Shown: one piece after another, positions 15,001 to 30,000 of the stretch
How positions within the stretch are numbered: the first letter of the stretch is position 1
Layout: each line of letters begins with the position of its first letter
Assembly (NCBI GenBank): GCA_032718475.1
Contig: JAUCBJ010007253.1
Span: 124,001 to 188,000, forward strand
Reading direction: 5' to 3'
DNA length: 64,000 nt
Source: Nemertoderma westbladi
Lineage: Eukaryota; Animalia; Xenacoelomorpha
The notes under the pieces: generated by a model
Database searches by the model: none
Told to the model about the DNA's origin: nothing
Seen by the model: only the letters and a program-made list of their open reading frames with translations
Made by a program: the position numbers and the translations under genes

Positions 15001-18000
15001 TATTTTGTTGTAGTAATAAAAACTAACCTGGTATCCTTTTGATTTGGATAGTTTTTTGTATTAATATAAACTAAACTTCTTTTGAGTTGGCTATTTTGTT
15101 GTAGTAATAAAAACTAACCTGATATCTTTTGATTTGGATAGTTTTTTGTAGTAATATAAACTAAACTTCTTCTGAGTTGGCTATTTTGTTATAGTAATAA
15201 AAACTAACCTGATATCTTTTGATTTGGATAGTTTTTTGTAGTAATATAAACTAAACTTCTTCTGAGTTGGCTATTTTGTTATAGTAATAAAAACTAACCT
15301 GATATCTTTTGATTTGGATAGTTTTTTGTAGTAATATAAACTAAACTTCTTCTGAGTTGGCTATTTTGTTATAGTAATAAAAACTAACCTGATATCTTTT
15401 GATTTGGATAGTTTTTTGTAGTAATATAAACTAAACTTCTTCTGAGTTGGCTATTTTGTTATAGTAATAAAAACTAACCTGATATCTTTTGATTTGGATA
15501 GTTTTTTGTAGTAATATAAACTAAACTTCTTCTGAGTTGGCTATTTTGTTATAGTAATAAAAACTAACCTGATATCCTTTTGATTTGTATAGTTTTTTGT
15601 ATTAATATAAACTAAACTTCTTCTGAGTTGGCTATTTTATTGTAGTAATAAAAACTAACCTGATGTCTTTTGATTTGAATAGTTTTTTGTAGTAATATAA
15701 ACTAAACTTCTTCTGAGTTGGTTATTTCGTTGTAGTAATAAAAACTAACCTGGTATCTTTTGATTTGGATAGTTTTTTGTAGTAATATAAACTAAACTTC
15801 TTCTGAGTTGGTTATTTCGTTGTAGTAATAAAAACTAACCTGGTATCTTTTGATTTGGATAGTTTTTTGTAGTAATATAAACTAAACTTCTTCTGAGTTG
15901 GTTATTTCGTTGTAGTAATAAAAACTAACCTGGTATCTTTTGATTTGAATAGTTTTTTGTAGTAATATAAACTAAACTTCTTCTGAGTTGGCTATTTTGT
16001 TGTAGTAATAAAAACTAACCTGATATCCTTTTGATTTGGATAGTTTTTTGTAGTAATATAAACTAAACTTCTTCTGAGTTGGTTATTTCGTTGTAGTAAT
16101 AAAAACTAACCTGGTATCTTTTGATTTGGATAGTTTTTTGTAGTAATATAAACTAAACTTCTTCTGAGTTGGTTATTTCGTTGTAGTAATAAAAACTAAC
16201 CTGGTATCTTTTGATTTGGATAGTTTTTTGTATTAATATAAACTAAACTTCTTCTGAGTTGGTTATTTTGTTGTAGTAATAAAAACTAACCTGGTATCCT
16301 TTTGATTTGTATAGTTTTTTGTATTAATATAAACTAAACTTCTTCTGAGTTGGTTATTTCGTTGTAGTAATAAAAACTAACCTGGTATCTTTTGATTTGG
16401 ATAGTTTTTTGTAGTAATATAAACTAAACTTCTTCTGAGTTGGTTATTTCGTTGTAGTAATAAAAACTAACCTGGTATCTTTTGATTTGAATAGTTTTTT
16501 GTAGTAATATAAACTAAACTTCTTCTGAGTTGGCTATTTTGTTGTAGTAATAAAAACTAACCTGATATCCTTTTGATTTGGATAGTTTTTTGTAGTAATA
16601 TAAACTAAACTTCTTCTGAGTTGGTTATTTCGTTGTAGTAATAAAAACTAACCTGGTATCTTTTGATTTGGATAGTTTTTTGTAGTAATATAAACTAAAC
16701 TTCTTCTGAGTTGGTTATTTCGTTGTAGTAATAAAAACTAACCTGGTATCTTTTGATTTGGATAGTTTTTTGTATTAATATAAACTAAACTTCTTCTGAG
16801 TTGGTTATTTTGTTGTAGTAATAAAAACTAACCTGGTATCCTTTTGATTTGTATAGTTTTTTGTATTAATATAAACTAAACTTCTTCTGAGTTGGTTATT
16901 TTGTTGTAGTAATAAAAACTAACCTGATATCTTTTGATTTGGATAGTTTTTTGTATTAATATAAACTAAACTTCTTCTGAGTTGGTTATTTTGTTGTAGT
17001 AATAAAAACTAACCTGGTATCCTTTTGATTTGGATAGTTTTTTGTATTAATATAAACTAAACTTCTTCTGAGTTGGTTATTTTGTTGTAGTAATAAAAAC
17101 TAACCTGGTATCCTTTTGATTTGAATAGTTTTTTGTAGTAACATAAACTAAACTTCTTCTGAGTTGGCTATTTTGTTGTAGTAATAAAAACTAACCTGGT
17201 ATCTTTTGATTTGTATAGTTTTTTGTATTAATATAAACTAAACTTCTTCTGAGTTGGCTATTTTGTTGTAGTAATAAAAACTAACCTGGTATCTTTTGAT
17301 TTGTATAGTTTTTTGTATTAATATAAACTAAACTTCTTCTGAGTTGGCTATTTTGTTGTAGTAATAAAAACTAACCTGGTATCCTTTTGATTTGGATAGT
17401 TTTTTGTATTAATATAAACTAAACTTCTTCTGAGTTGGTTATTTTGTTGTAGTAATAAAAACTAACCTGGTATCTTTTGATTTGTATAGTTTTTTGTATT
17501 AATATAAACTAAACTTCTTCTGAGTTGGCTATTTTGTTGTAGTAATAAAAACTAACCTGGTATCTTTTGATTTGTATAGTTTTTTGTATTAATATAAACT
17601 AAACTTCTTCTGAGTTGGCTATTTTGTTGTAGTAATAAAAACTAACCTGGTATCTTTTGATTTGTATAGTTTTTTGTATTAATATAAACTAAACTTCTTC
17701 TGAGTTGGTTATTTCGTTGTAGTAATAAAAACTAACCTGGTATCTTTTGATTTGGATAGTTTTTTGTAGTAATATAAACTAAACTTCTTCTGAGTTGGTT
17801 ATTTCGTTGTAGTAATAAAAACTAACCTGGTATCTTTTGATTTGAATAGTTTTTTGTAGTAATATAAACTAAACTTCTTCTGAGTTGGCTATTTTGTTGT
17901 AGTAATAAAAACTAACCTGATATCCTTTTGATTTGGATAGTTTTTTGTAGTAATATAAACTAAACTTCTTCTGAGTTGGTTATTTCGTTGTAGTAATAAA

Positions 18001-21000
18001 AACTAACCTGGTATCTTTTGATTTGGATAGTTTTTTGTAGTAATATAAACTAAACTTCTTCTGAGTTGGTTATTTCGTTGTAGTAATAAAAACTAACCTG
18101 GTATCTTTTGATTTGGATAGTTTTTTGTATTAATATAAACTAAACTTCTTCTGAGTTGGTTATTTTGTTGTAGTAATAAAAACTAACCTGGTATCCTTTT
18201 GATTTGTATAGTTTTTTGTATTAATATAAACTAAACTTCTTCTGAGTTGGTTATTTTGTTGTAGTAATAAAAACTAACCTGATATCTTTTGATTTGGATA
18301 GTTTTTTGTATTAATATAAACTAAACTTCTTCTGAGTTGGTTATTTTGTTGTAGTAATAAAAACTAACCTGGTATCCTTTTGATTTGGATAGTTTTTTGT
18401 ATTAATATAAACTAAACTTCTTCTGAGTTGGTTATTTTGTTGTAGTAATAAAAACTAACCTGGTATCCTTTTGATTTGAATAGTTTTTTGTAGTAACATA
18501 AACTAAACTTCTTCTGAGTTGGCTATTTTGTTGTAGTAATAAAAACTAACCTGGTATCTTTTGATTTGTATAGTTTTTTGTATTAATATAAACTAAACTT
18601 CTTCTGAGTTGGCTATTTTGTTGTAGTAATAAAAACTAACCTGGTATCTTTTGATTTGTATAGTTTTTTGTATTAATATAAACTAAACTTCTTCTGAGTT
18701 GGCTATTTTGTTGTAGTAATAAAAACTAACCTGGTATCCTTTTGATTTGGATAGTTTTTTGTATTAATATAAACTAAACTTCTTCTGAGTTGGTTATTTT
18801 GTTGTAGTAATAAAAACTAACCTGGTATCTTTTGATTTGTATAGTTTTTTGTATTAATATAAACTAAACTTCTTCTGAGTTGGCTATTTTGTTGTAGTAA
18901 TAAAAACTAACCTGGTATCTTTTGATTTGTATAGTTTTTTGTATTAATATAAACTAAACTTCTTCTGAGTTGGCTATTTTGTTGTAGTAATAAAAACTAA
19001 CCTGGTATCTTTTGATTTGTATAGTTTTTTGTATTAATATAAACTAAACTTCTTCTGAGTTGGCTATTTTGTTGTAGTAATAAAAACTAACCTGGTATCT
19101 TTTGATTTGTATAGTTTTTTGTATTAATATAAACTAAACTTCTTCTGAGTTGGTTATTTTGTTGTAGTAATAAAAACTAACCTGGTATCCTTTTGATTTG
19201 GATAGTTTTTTGTATTAATATAAACTAAACTTCTTCTGAGTTGGTTATTTTGTTGTAGTAATAAAAACTAACCTGGTATCCTTTTGATTTGAATAGTTTT
19301 TTGTAGTAACATAAACTAAACTTCTTCTGAGTTGGCTATTTTGTTGTAGTAATAAAAACTAACCTGGTATCTTTTGATTTGTATAGTTTTTTGTATTAAT
19401 ATAAACTAAACTTCTTCTGAGTTGGCTATTTTGTTGTAGTAATAAAAACTAACCTGGTATCTTTTGATTTGTATAGTTTTTTGTATTAATATAAACTAAA
19501 CTTCTTCTGAGTTGGCTATTTTGTTGTAGTAATAAAAACTAACCTGGTATCCTTTTGATTTGGATAGTTTTTTGTATTAATATAAACTAAACTTCTTCTG
19601 AGTTGGTTATTTTGTTGTAGTAATAAAAACTAACCTGGTATCTTTTGATTTGGATAGTTTTTTGTATTAATATAAACTAAACTTCTTCTGAGTTGGCTAT
19701 TTTGTTGTAGTAATAAAAACTAACCTGGTATCTTTTGATTTGTATAGTTTTTTGTATTAATATAAACTAAACTTCTTCTGAGTTGGCTATTTTGTTGTAG
19801 TAATAAAAACTAACCTGGTATCTTTTGATTTGTATAGTTTTTTGTATTAATATAAACTAAACTTCTTCTGAGTTGGCTATTTTGTTGTAGTAATAAAAAC
19901 TAACCTGGTATCCTTTTGATTTGGATAGTTTTTTGTATTAATATAAACTAAACTTCTTCTGAGTTGGTTATTTTGTTGTAGTAATAAAAACTAACCTGGT
20001 ATCTTTTGATTTGGATAGTTTTTTGTATTAATATAAACTAAACTTCTTCTGAGTTGGTTATTTTGTTGTAGTAATAAAAACTAACCTGGTATCTTTTGAT
20101 TTGGATAGTTTTTTGTATTAATATAAACTAAACTTCTTCTGAGTTGGTTATTTTGTTGTAGTAATAAAAACTAACCTGGTATCCTTTTGATTTGGATAGT
20201 TTTTTGTATTAATATAAACTAAACTTCTTCTGAGTTGGTTATTTTGTTGTAGTAATAAAAACTAACCTGGTATCTTTTGATTTGGATAGTTTTTTGTATT
20301 AATATAAACTAAACTTCTTCTGAGTTGGTTATTTTGTTGTAGTAATAAAAACTAACCTGGTATCTTTTGATTTGGATAGTTTTTTGTATTAATATAAACT
20401 AAACTTCTTCTGAGTTGGTTATTTTGTTGTAGTAATAAAAACTAACCTGGTATCCTTTTGATTTGGATAGTTTTTTGTATTAATATAAACTAAACTTCTT
20501 CTGAGTTGGTTATTTTGTTGTAGTAATAAAAACTAACCTGATATCCTTTTGATTTGTATAGTTTTTTGTATTAATATAAACTAAACTTCTTCTGAGTTGG
20601 CTATTTTGTTGTAGTAATAAAAACTAACCTGATATCTTTTGATTTGTATAGTTTTTTGTATTAATATAAACTAAACTTCTTCTGAGTTGGCTATTTTATT
20701 GTAGTAATAAAAACTAACCTGATATCTTTTGATTTGGATAGTTTTTTGTAGTAATATAAACTAAACTTCTTCTGAGTTGGCTATTTTGTTGTAGTAATAA
20801 AAACTAACCTGATATCTTTTGATTTGTATAGTTTTTTGTATTAATATAAACTAAACTTCTTTTGAGTTGGCTATTTTGTTGTAGTAATAAAAACTAACCT
20901 GATATCTTTTGATTTGTATAGTTTTTTGTATTAATATAAACTAAACTTCTTCTGAGTTGGCTATTTTGTTGTAGTAATAAAAACTAACCTGGTATCCTTT

Positions 21001-24000
21001 TGATTTGGATAGTTTTTTGTATTAATATAAACTAAACTTCTTCTGAGTTGGTTATTTTGTTGTAGTAATAAAAACTAACCTGGTATCTTTTGATTTGGAT
21101 AGTTTTTTGTATTAATATAAACTAAACTTCTTCTGAGTTGGTTATTTTGTTGTAGTAATAAAAACTAACCTGGTATCTTTTGATTTGGATAGTTTTTTGT
21201 ATTAATATAAACTAAACTTCTTCTGAGTTGGTTATTTTGTTGTAGTAATAAAAACTAACCTGGTATCCTTTTGATTTGGATAGTTTTTTGTATTAATATA
21301 AACTAAACTTCTTCTGAGTTGGTTATTTTGTTGTAGTAATAAAAACTAACCTGGTATCTTTTGATTTGGATAGTTTTTTGTATTAATATAAACTAAACTT
21401 CTTCTGAGTTGGTTATTTTGTTGTAGTAATAAAAACTAACCTGGTATCTTTTGATTTGGATAGTTTTTTGTATTAATATAAACTAAACTTCTTCTGAGTT
21501 GGTTATTTTGTTGTAGTAATAAAAACTAACCTGGTATCCTTTTGATTTGGATAGTTTTTTGTATTAATATAAACTAAACTTCTTCTGAGTTGGTTATTTT
21601 GTTGTAGTAATAAAAACTAACCTGGTATCCTTTTGATTTGGATAGTTTTTTGTATTAATATAAACTAAACTTCTTCTGAGTTGGTTATTTTGTTGTAGTA
21701 ATAAAAACTAACCTGGTATCCTTTTGATTTGGATAGTTTTTTGTATTAATATAAACTAAACTTCTTTTGAGTTGGTTATTTTGTTGTAGTAATAAAAACT
21801 AACCTGGTATCTTTTGATTTGGATAGTTTTTTGTATTAATATAAACTAAACTTCTTCTGAGTTGGTTATTTTGTTGTAGTAATAAAAACTAACCTGATAT
21901 CTTTTGATTTGGATAGTTTTTTGTATTAATATAAACTAAACTTCTTCTGAGTTGGTTATTTTGTTGTAGTAATAAAAACTAACCTGGTATCTTTTGATTT
22001 GGATAGTTTTTTGTATTAATATAAACTAAACTTCTTCTGAGTTGGTTATTTTGTTGTAGTAATAAAAACTAACCTGATATCTTTTGATTTGTATAGTTTT
22101 TTGTATTAATATAAACTAAACTTCTTCTGAGTTGGCTATTTTGTTGTAGTAATAAAAACTAACCTGGTATCCTTTTGATTTGGATAGTTTTTTGTATTAA
22201 TATAAACTAAACTTCTTTTGAGTTGGTTATTTTGTTGTAGTAATAAAAACTAACCTGGTATCTTTTGATTTGGATAGTTTTTTGTATTAATATAAACTAA
22301 ACTTCTTCTGAGTTGGCTATTTTGTTGTAGTAATAAAAACTAACCTGGTATCCTTTTGATTTGGATAGTTTTTTGTATTAATATAAACTAAACTTCTTTT
22401 GAGTTGGCTATTTTGTTGTAGTAATAAAAACTAACCTGATATCTTTTGATTTGTATAGTTTTTTGTATTAATATAAACTAAACTTCTTCTGAGTTGGCTA
22501 TTTTGTTGTAGTAATAAAAACTAACCTGGTATCCTTTTGATTTGGATAGTTTTTTGTATTAATATAAACTAAACTTCTTTTGAGTTGGTTATTTTGTTGT
22601 AGTAATAAAAACTAACCTGGTATCTTTTGATTTGGATAGTTTTTTGTATTAATATAAACTAAACTTCTTCTGAGTTGGTTATTTTGTTGTAGTAATAAAA
22701 ACTAACCTGGTATCTTTTGATTTGGATAGTTTTTTGTAGTAATATAAACTAAACTTCTTCTGAGTTGGCTATTTTATTGTAGTAATAAAAACTAACCTGG
22801 TATCCTTTTGATTTGGATAGTTTTTTGTATTAATATAAACTAAACTTCTTCTGAGTTGGCTATTTTGTTGTAGTAATAAAAACTAACCTGGTATCCTTTT
22901 GATTTGGATAGTTTTTTGTATTAATATAAACTAAACTTCTTTTGAGTTGGCTATTTTGTTGTAGTAATAAAAACTAACCTGGTATCCTTTTGATTTGGAT
23001 AGTTTTTTGTATTAATATAAACTAAACTTCTTTTGAGTTGGTTATTTTATTGTAGTAATAAAAACTAACCTGGTATCCTTTTGATTTGGATAGTTTTTTG
23101 TATTAATATAAACTAAACTTCTTCTGAGTTGGCTATTTTATTGTAGTAATAAAAACTAACCTGGTATCCTTTTGATTTGGATAGTTTTTTGTATTAATAT
23201 AAACTAAACTTCTTCTGAGTTGGCTATTTTATTGTAGTAATAAAAACTAACCTGGTATCCTTTTGATTTGGATAGTTTTTTGTATTAATATAAACTAAAC
23301 TTCTTCTGAGTTGGCTATTTTGTTGTAGTAATAAAAACTAACCTGGTATCCTTTTGATTTGGATAGTTTTTTGTATTAATATAAACTAAACTTCTTTTGA
23401 GTTGGCTAATTTGTTGTAGTAATAAAAACTAACCTGATATCCTTTTGATTTGGATAGTTTTTTGTATTAATATAAACTAAACTTCTTCTGAGTTGGCTAT
23501 TTTATTGTAGTAATAAAAACTAACCTGATATCCTTTTGATTTGGATAGTTTTTTGTATTAATATAAACTAAACTTCTTCTGAGTTGGCTATTTTATTGTA
23601 GTAATAAAAACTAACCTGGTATCCTTTTGATTTGGATAGTTTTTTGTATTAATATAAACTAAACTTCTTCTGAGTTGGCTATTTTATTGTAGTAATAAAA
23701 ACTAACCTGGTATCCTTTTGATTTGGATAGTTTTTTGTATTAATATAAACTAAACTTCTTCTGAGTTGGCTATTTTGTTGTAGTAATAAAAACTAACCTG
23801 ATATCTTTTGATTTGGATAGTTTTTTGTAGTAATATAAACTAAACTTCTTCTGAGTTGGCTATTTTATTGTAGTAATAAAAACTAACCTGGTATCCTTTT
23901 GATTTGGATAGTTTTTTGTATTAATATAAACTAAACTTCTTCTGAGTTGGCTATTTTGTTGTAGTAATAAAAACTAACCTGATATCTTTTGATTTGGATA

Positions 24001-27000
24001 GTTTTTTGTAGTAATATAAACTAAACTTCTTCTGAGTTGGCTATTTTATTGTAGTAATAAAAACTAACCTGGTATCTTTTGATTTGGATAGTTTTTTGTA
24101 TTAATATAAACTAAACTTCTTCTGAGTTGGTTATTTTGTTGTAGTAATAAAAACTAACCTGATATCTTTTGATTTGGATAGTTTTTTGTAGTAATATAAA
24201 CTAAACTTCTTCTGAGTTGGCTATTTTGTTGTAGTAATAAAAACTAACCTGGTATCCTTTTGATTTGGATAGTTTTTTGTATTAATATAAACTAAACTTC
24301 TTCTGAGTTGGCTATTTTGTTGTAGTAATAAAAACTAACCTGATATCTTTTGATTTGGATAGTTTTTTGTAGTAATATAAACTAAACTTCTTCTGAGTTG
24401 GCTATTTTGTTGTAGTAATAAAAACTAACCTGGTATCCTTTTGATTTGGATAGTTTTTTGTATTAATATAAACTAAACTTCTTCTGAGTTGGCTATTTTA
24501 TTGTAGTAATAAAAACTAACCTGATATCCTTTTGATTTGGATAGTTTTTTGTATTAATATAAACTAAACTTATTTTGAGTTGGCTATTTCGTTGTAGTAA
24601 TAAAAACTAACCTGGTATCTTTTGATTTGGATAGTTTTTTGTATTAATATAAACTAAACTTATTTTGAGTTGGCTATTTCGTTGTAGTAATAAAAACTAA
24701 CCTGATATCTTTTGATTTGGATAGTTTTTTGTATTAATATAAACTAAACTTCTTCTGAGTTGGCTAATTTGTTGTAGTAATAAAAACTAACCTGGTATCT
24801 TTTGATTTGGATAGTTTTTTGTATTAATATAAACTAAACTTCTTCTGAGTTGGCTATTTCGTTGTAGTAATAAAAACTAACCTGGTATCTTTTGATTTGG
24901 ATAGTTTTTTGTATTAATATAAACTAAACTTCTTCTGAGTTGGCTATTTCGTTGTAGTAATAAAAACCAACCTGGTATCTTTTGATTTGGATAGTTTTTT
25001 GTATTAATATAAACTAAACTTCTTCTGAGTTGGCTATTTCGTTGTAGTAATAAAAACTAACCTGGTATCTTTTGATTTGGATAGTTTTTTGTATTAATAT
25101 AAACTAAACTTCTTCTGAGTTGGCTATTTCGTTGTAGTAATAAAAACTAACCTGGTATCTTTTGATTTGGATAGTTTTTTGTATTAATATAAACTAAACT
25201 TCTTCTGAGTTGGCTATTTCGTTGTAGTAATAAAAACTAACCTGGTATCTTTTGATTTGGATAGTTTTTTGTATTAATATAAACTAAACTTCTTCTGAGT
25301 TGGCTATTTCGTTGTAGTAATAAAAACTAACCTGATATCTTTTGATTTGGATAGTTTTTTGTATTAATATAAACTAAACTTCTTCTGAGTTGGCTATTTC
25401 GTTGTAGTAATAAAAACTAACCTGGTATCTTTTGATTTGGATAGTTTTTTGTATTAATATAAACTAAACTTCTTCTGAGTTGGCTATTTCGTTGTAGTAA
25501 TAAAAACCAACCTGATATCCTTTTGATTTGGATAGTTTTTTGTATTAATATAAACTAAACTTCTTCTGAGTTGGTTATTTTGTTGTAGTAATAAAAACTA
25601 ACCTGATATCTTTTGATTTGGATAGTTTTTTGTATTAATATAAACTAAACTTCTTCTGAGTTGGCTATTTTGTTGTAGTAATAAAAACTAACCTGATATC
25701 TTTTGATTTGGATAGTTTTTTGTATTAATATAAACTAAACTTCTTCTGAGTTGGTTATTTTGTTGTAGTAATAAAAACTAACCTGATATCTTTTGATTTG
25801 GATAGTTTTTTGTATTAATATAAACTAAACTTCTTCTGAGTTGGCTATTTCGTTGTAGTAATAAAAACTAACCTGATATCTTTTTGATTTGAATAGTTTT
25901 TTGTATTAATATAAACTAAACTTCTTCTGAGTTGGCTATTTTATTGTAGTAATAAAAACTAACCTGATATCCTTTTGATTTGGATAGTTTTTTGTATTAA
26001 TATAAACTAAACTTCTTCTGAGTTGGCTATTTTATTGTAGTAATAAAAACTTACCTGATATCCTTTTGATTTGGATAGTTTTTTGTATTAATATAAACTA
26101 AACTTCTTCTGAGTTGGCTATTTTATTGTAGTAATAAAAACTAACCTGATATCCTTTTGATTTGGATAGTTTTTTGTATTAATATAAACTAAACTTCTTC
26201 TGAGTTGGCTATTTCGTTGTAGTAATAAAAACTAACCTGGTATCTTTTGATTTGGATAGTTTTTTGTATTAATATAAACTAAACTTCTTCTGAGTTGGCT
26301 ATTTCGTTGTAGTAATAAAAACTAACCTGGTATCTTTTGATTTGGATAGTTTTTTGTATTAATATAAACTAAACTTCTTCTGAGTTGGCTATTTTATTGT
26401 AGTAATAAAAACTAACCTGGTATCCTTTTGATTTGGATAGTTTTTTGTATTAATATAAACTAAACTTCTTCTGAGTTGGCTATTTCGTTGTAGTAATAAA
26501 AACTAACCTGGTATCCTTTTGATTTGGATAGTTTTTTGTATTAATATAAACTAAACTTCTTCTGAGTTGGCTATTTTATTGTAGTAATAAAAACTAACCT
26601 GATATCCTTTTGATTTGGATAGTTTTTTGTATTAATATAAACTAAACTTCTTCTGAGTTGGCTATTTTGTTGTAGTAATAAAAACTAACCTGATATCTTT
26701 TGATTTGAATAGTTTTTTGTAGTAATATAAACTAAACTTCTTCTGAGTTGGCTATTTTGTTGTAGTAATAAAAACTAACCTGATATCTTTTGATTTGGAT
26801 AGTTTTTTGTAGTAATATAAACTAAACTTCTTTTGAGTTGGCTATTTCGTTGTAGTAATAAAAACTAACCTGATATCTTTTGATTTGGATAGTTTTTTGT
26901 ATTAATATAAACTAAACTTCTTCTGAGTTGGCTATTTTGTTGTAGTAATAAAAACTAACCTGGTATCCTTTTGATTTGGATAGTTTTTTGTATTAATATA

Positions 27001-30000
27001 AACTAAACTTCTTCTGAGTTGGCTATTTTATTGTAGTAATAAAAACTAACCTGATATCCTTTTGATTTGGATAGTTTTTTGTATTAATATAAACTAAACT
27101 TCTTCTGAGTTGGCTATTTTATTGTAGTAATAAAAACTAACCTGGTATCCTTTTGATTTGGATAGTTTTTTGTAGTAATATAAACTAAACTTCTTTTGAG
27201 TTGGCTATTTTGTTGTAGTAATAAAAACTAACCTGATATCCTTTTGATTTGTATAGTTTTTTGTATTAATATAAACTAAACTTCTTCTGAGTTGGCTATT
27301 TTATTGTAGTAATAAAAACTAACCTGGTATCCTTTTGATTTGGATAGTTTTTTGTATTAATATAAACTAAACTTCTTCTGAGTTGGCTATTTTGTTGTAG
27401 TAATAAAAACTAACCTGATATCTTTTGATTTGGATAGTTTTTTGTAGTAATATAAACTAAACTTCTTTTGAGTTGGCTATTTTGTTGTAGTAATAAAAAC
27501 TAACCTGATATCTTTTGATTTGGATAGTTTTTTGTAGTAATATAAACTAAACTTCTTCTGAGTTGGCTATTTTGTTGTAGTAATAAAAACTAACCTGATA
27601 TCCTTTTGATTTGTATAGTTTTTTGTATTAATATAAACTAAACTTCTTCTGAGTTGGCTATTTTGTTGTAGTAATAAAAACTAACCTGGTATCCTTTTGA
27701 TTTGGATAGTTTTTTGTATTAATATAAACTAAACTTCTTCTGAGTTGGCTATTTTGTTGTAGTAATAAAAACTAACCTGATATCTTTTGATTTGGATAGT
27801 TTTTTGTAGTAATATAAACTAAACTTCTTTTGAGTTGGCTATTTTGTTGTAGTAATAAAAACTAACCTGATATCTTTTGATTTGGATAGTTTTTTGTAGT
27901 AATATAAACTAAACTTCTTTTGAGTTGGCTATTTTGTTGTAGTAATAAAAACTAACCTGATATCTTTTGATTTGGATAGTTTTTTGTAGTAATATAAACT
28001 AAACTTCTTTTGAGTTGGCTATTTTGTTGTAGTAATAAAAACTAACCTGATATCTTTTGATTTGGATAGTTTTTTGTAGTAATATAAACTAAACTTCTTT
28101 TGAGTTGGCTATTTTGTTGTAGTAATAAAAACTAACCTGATATCTTTTGATTTGGATAGTTTTTTGTAGTAATATAAACTAAACTTCTTTTGAGTTGGCT
28201 ATTTTGTTGTAGTAATAAAAACTAACCTGATATCTTTTGATTTGGATAGTTTTTTGTAGTAATATAAACTAAACTTCTTTTGAGTTGGCTATTTTGTTGT
28301 AGTAATAAAAACTAACCTGATATCTTTTGATTTGGATAGTTTTTTGTAGTAATATAAACTAAACTTCTTTTGAGTTGGCTATTTTGTTGTAGTAATAAAA
28401 ACTAACCTGATATCTTTTGATTTGGATAGTTTTTTGTAGTAATATAAACTAAACTTCTTTTGAGTTGGCTATTTTGTTGTAGTAATAAAAACTAACCTGA
28501 TATCTTTTGATTTGGATAGTTTTTTGTAGTAATATAAACTAAACTTCTTTTGAGTTGGCTATTTTATTGTAGTAATAAAAACTAACCTGGTATCCTTTTG
28601 ATTTGGATAGTTTTTTGTATTAATATAAACTAAACTTCTTCTGAGTTGGCTATTTTGTTGTAGTAATAAAAACTAACCTGATATCTTTTGATTTGGATAG
28701 TTTTTTGTAGTAATATAAACTAAACTTCTTTTGAGTTGGCTATTTTGTTGTAGTAATAAAAACTAACCTGATATCTTTTGATTTGGATAGTTTTTTGTAG
28801 TAATATAAACTAAACTTCTTTTGAGTTGGCTATTTTGTTGTAGTAATAAAAACTAACCTGATATCCTTTTGATTTGTATAGTTTTTTGTATTAATATAAA
28901 CTAAACTTCTTCTGAGTTGGCTATTTTATTGTAGTAATAAAAACTAACCTGGTATCCTTTTGATTTGGATAGTTTTTTGTATTAATATAAACTAAACTTC
29001 TTCTGAGTTGGCTATTTTGTTGTAGTAATAAAAACTAACCTGATATCTTTTGATTTGGATAGTTTTTTGTAGTAATATAAACTAAACTTCTTTTGAGTTG
29101 GCTATTTTGTTGTAGTAATAAAAACTAACCTGATATCTTTTGATTTGGATAGTTTTTTGTATTAATATAAACTAAACTTCTTTTGAGTTGGCTAATTTGT
29201 TGTAGTAATAAAAACTAACCTGATATCCTTTTGATTTGTATAGTTTTTTGTATTAATATAAACTAAACTTCTTCTGAGTTGGCTATTTTATTGTAGTAAT
29301 AAAAACTAACCTGGTATCCTTTTGATTTGGATAGTTTTTTGTATTAATATAAACTAAACTTCTTCTGAGTTGGCTATTTTGTTGTAGTAATAAAAACTAA
29401 CCTGATATCTTTTGATTTGGATAGTTTTTTGTAGTAATATAAACTAAACTTCTTTTGAGTTGGCTATTTTGTTGTAGTAATAAAAACTAACCTGATATCT
29501 TTTGATTTGGATAGTTTTTTGTATTAATATAAACTAAACTTCTTTTGAGTTGGCTAATTTGTTGTAGTAATAAAAACTAACCTGATATCCTTTTGATTTG
29601 TATAGTTTTTTGTATTAATATAAACTAAACTTCTTCTGAGTTGGCTATTTTATTGTAGTAATAAAAACTAACCTGGTATCCTTTTGATTTGGATAGTTTT
29701 TTGTATTAATATAAACTAAACTTCTTCTGAGTTGGCTATTTTATTGTAGTAATAAAAACTAACCTGGTATCCTTTTGATTTGTATAGTTTTTTGTATTAA
29801 TATAAACTAAACTTCTTCTGAGTTGGCTATTTTATTGTAGTAATAAAAACTAACCTGGTATCCTTTTGATTTGTATAGTTTTTTGTATTAATATAAACTA
29901 AACTTCTTCTGAGTTGGCTATTTTATTGTAGTAATAAAAACTAACCTGGTATCCTTTTGATTTGGATAGTTTTTTGTATTAATATAAACTAAACTTCTTC

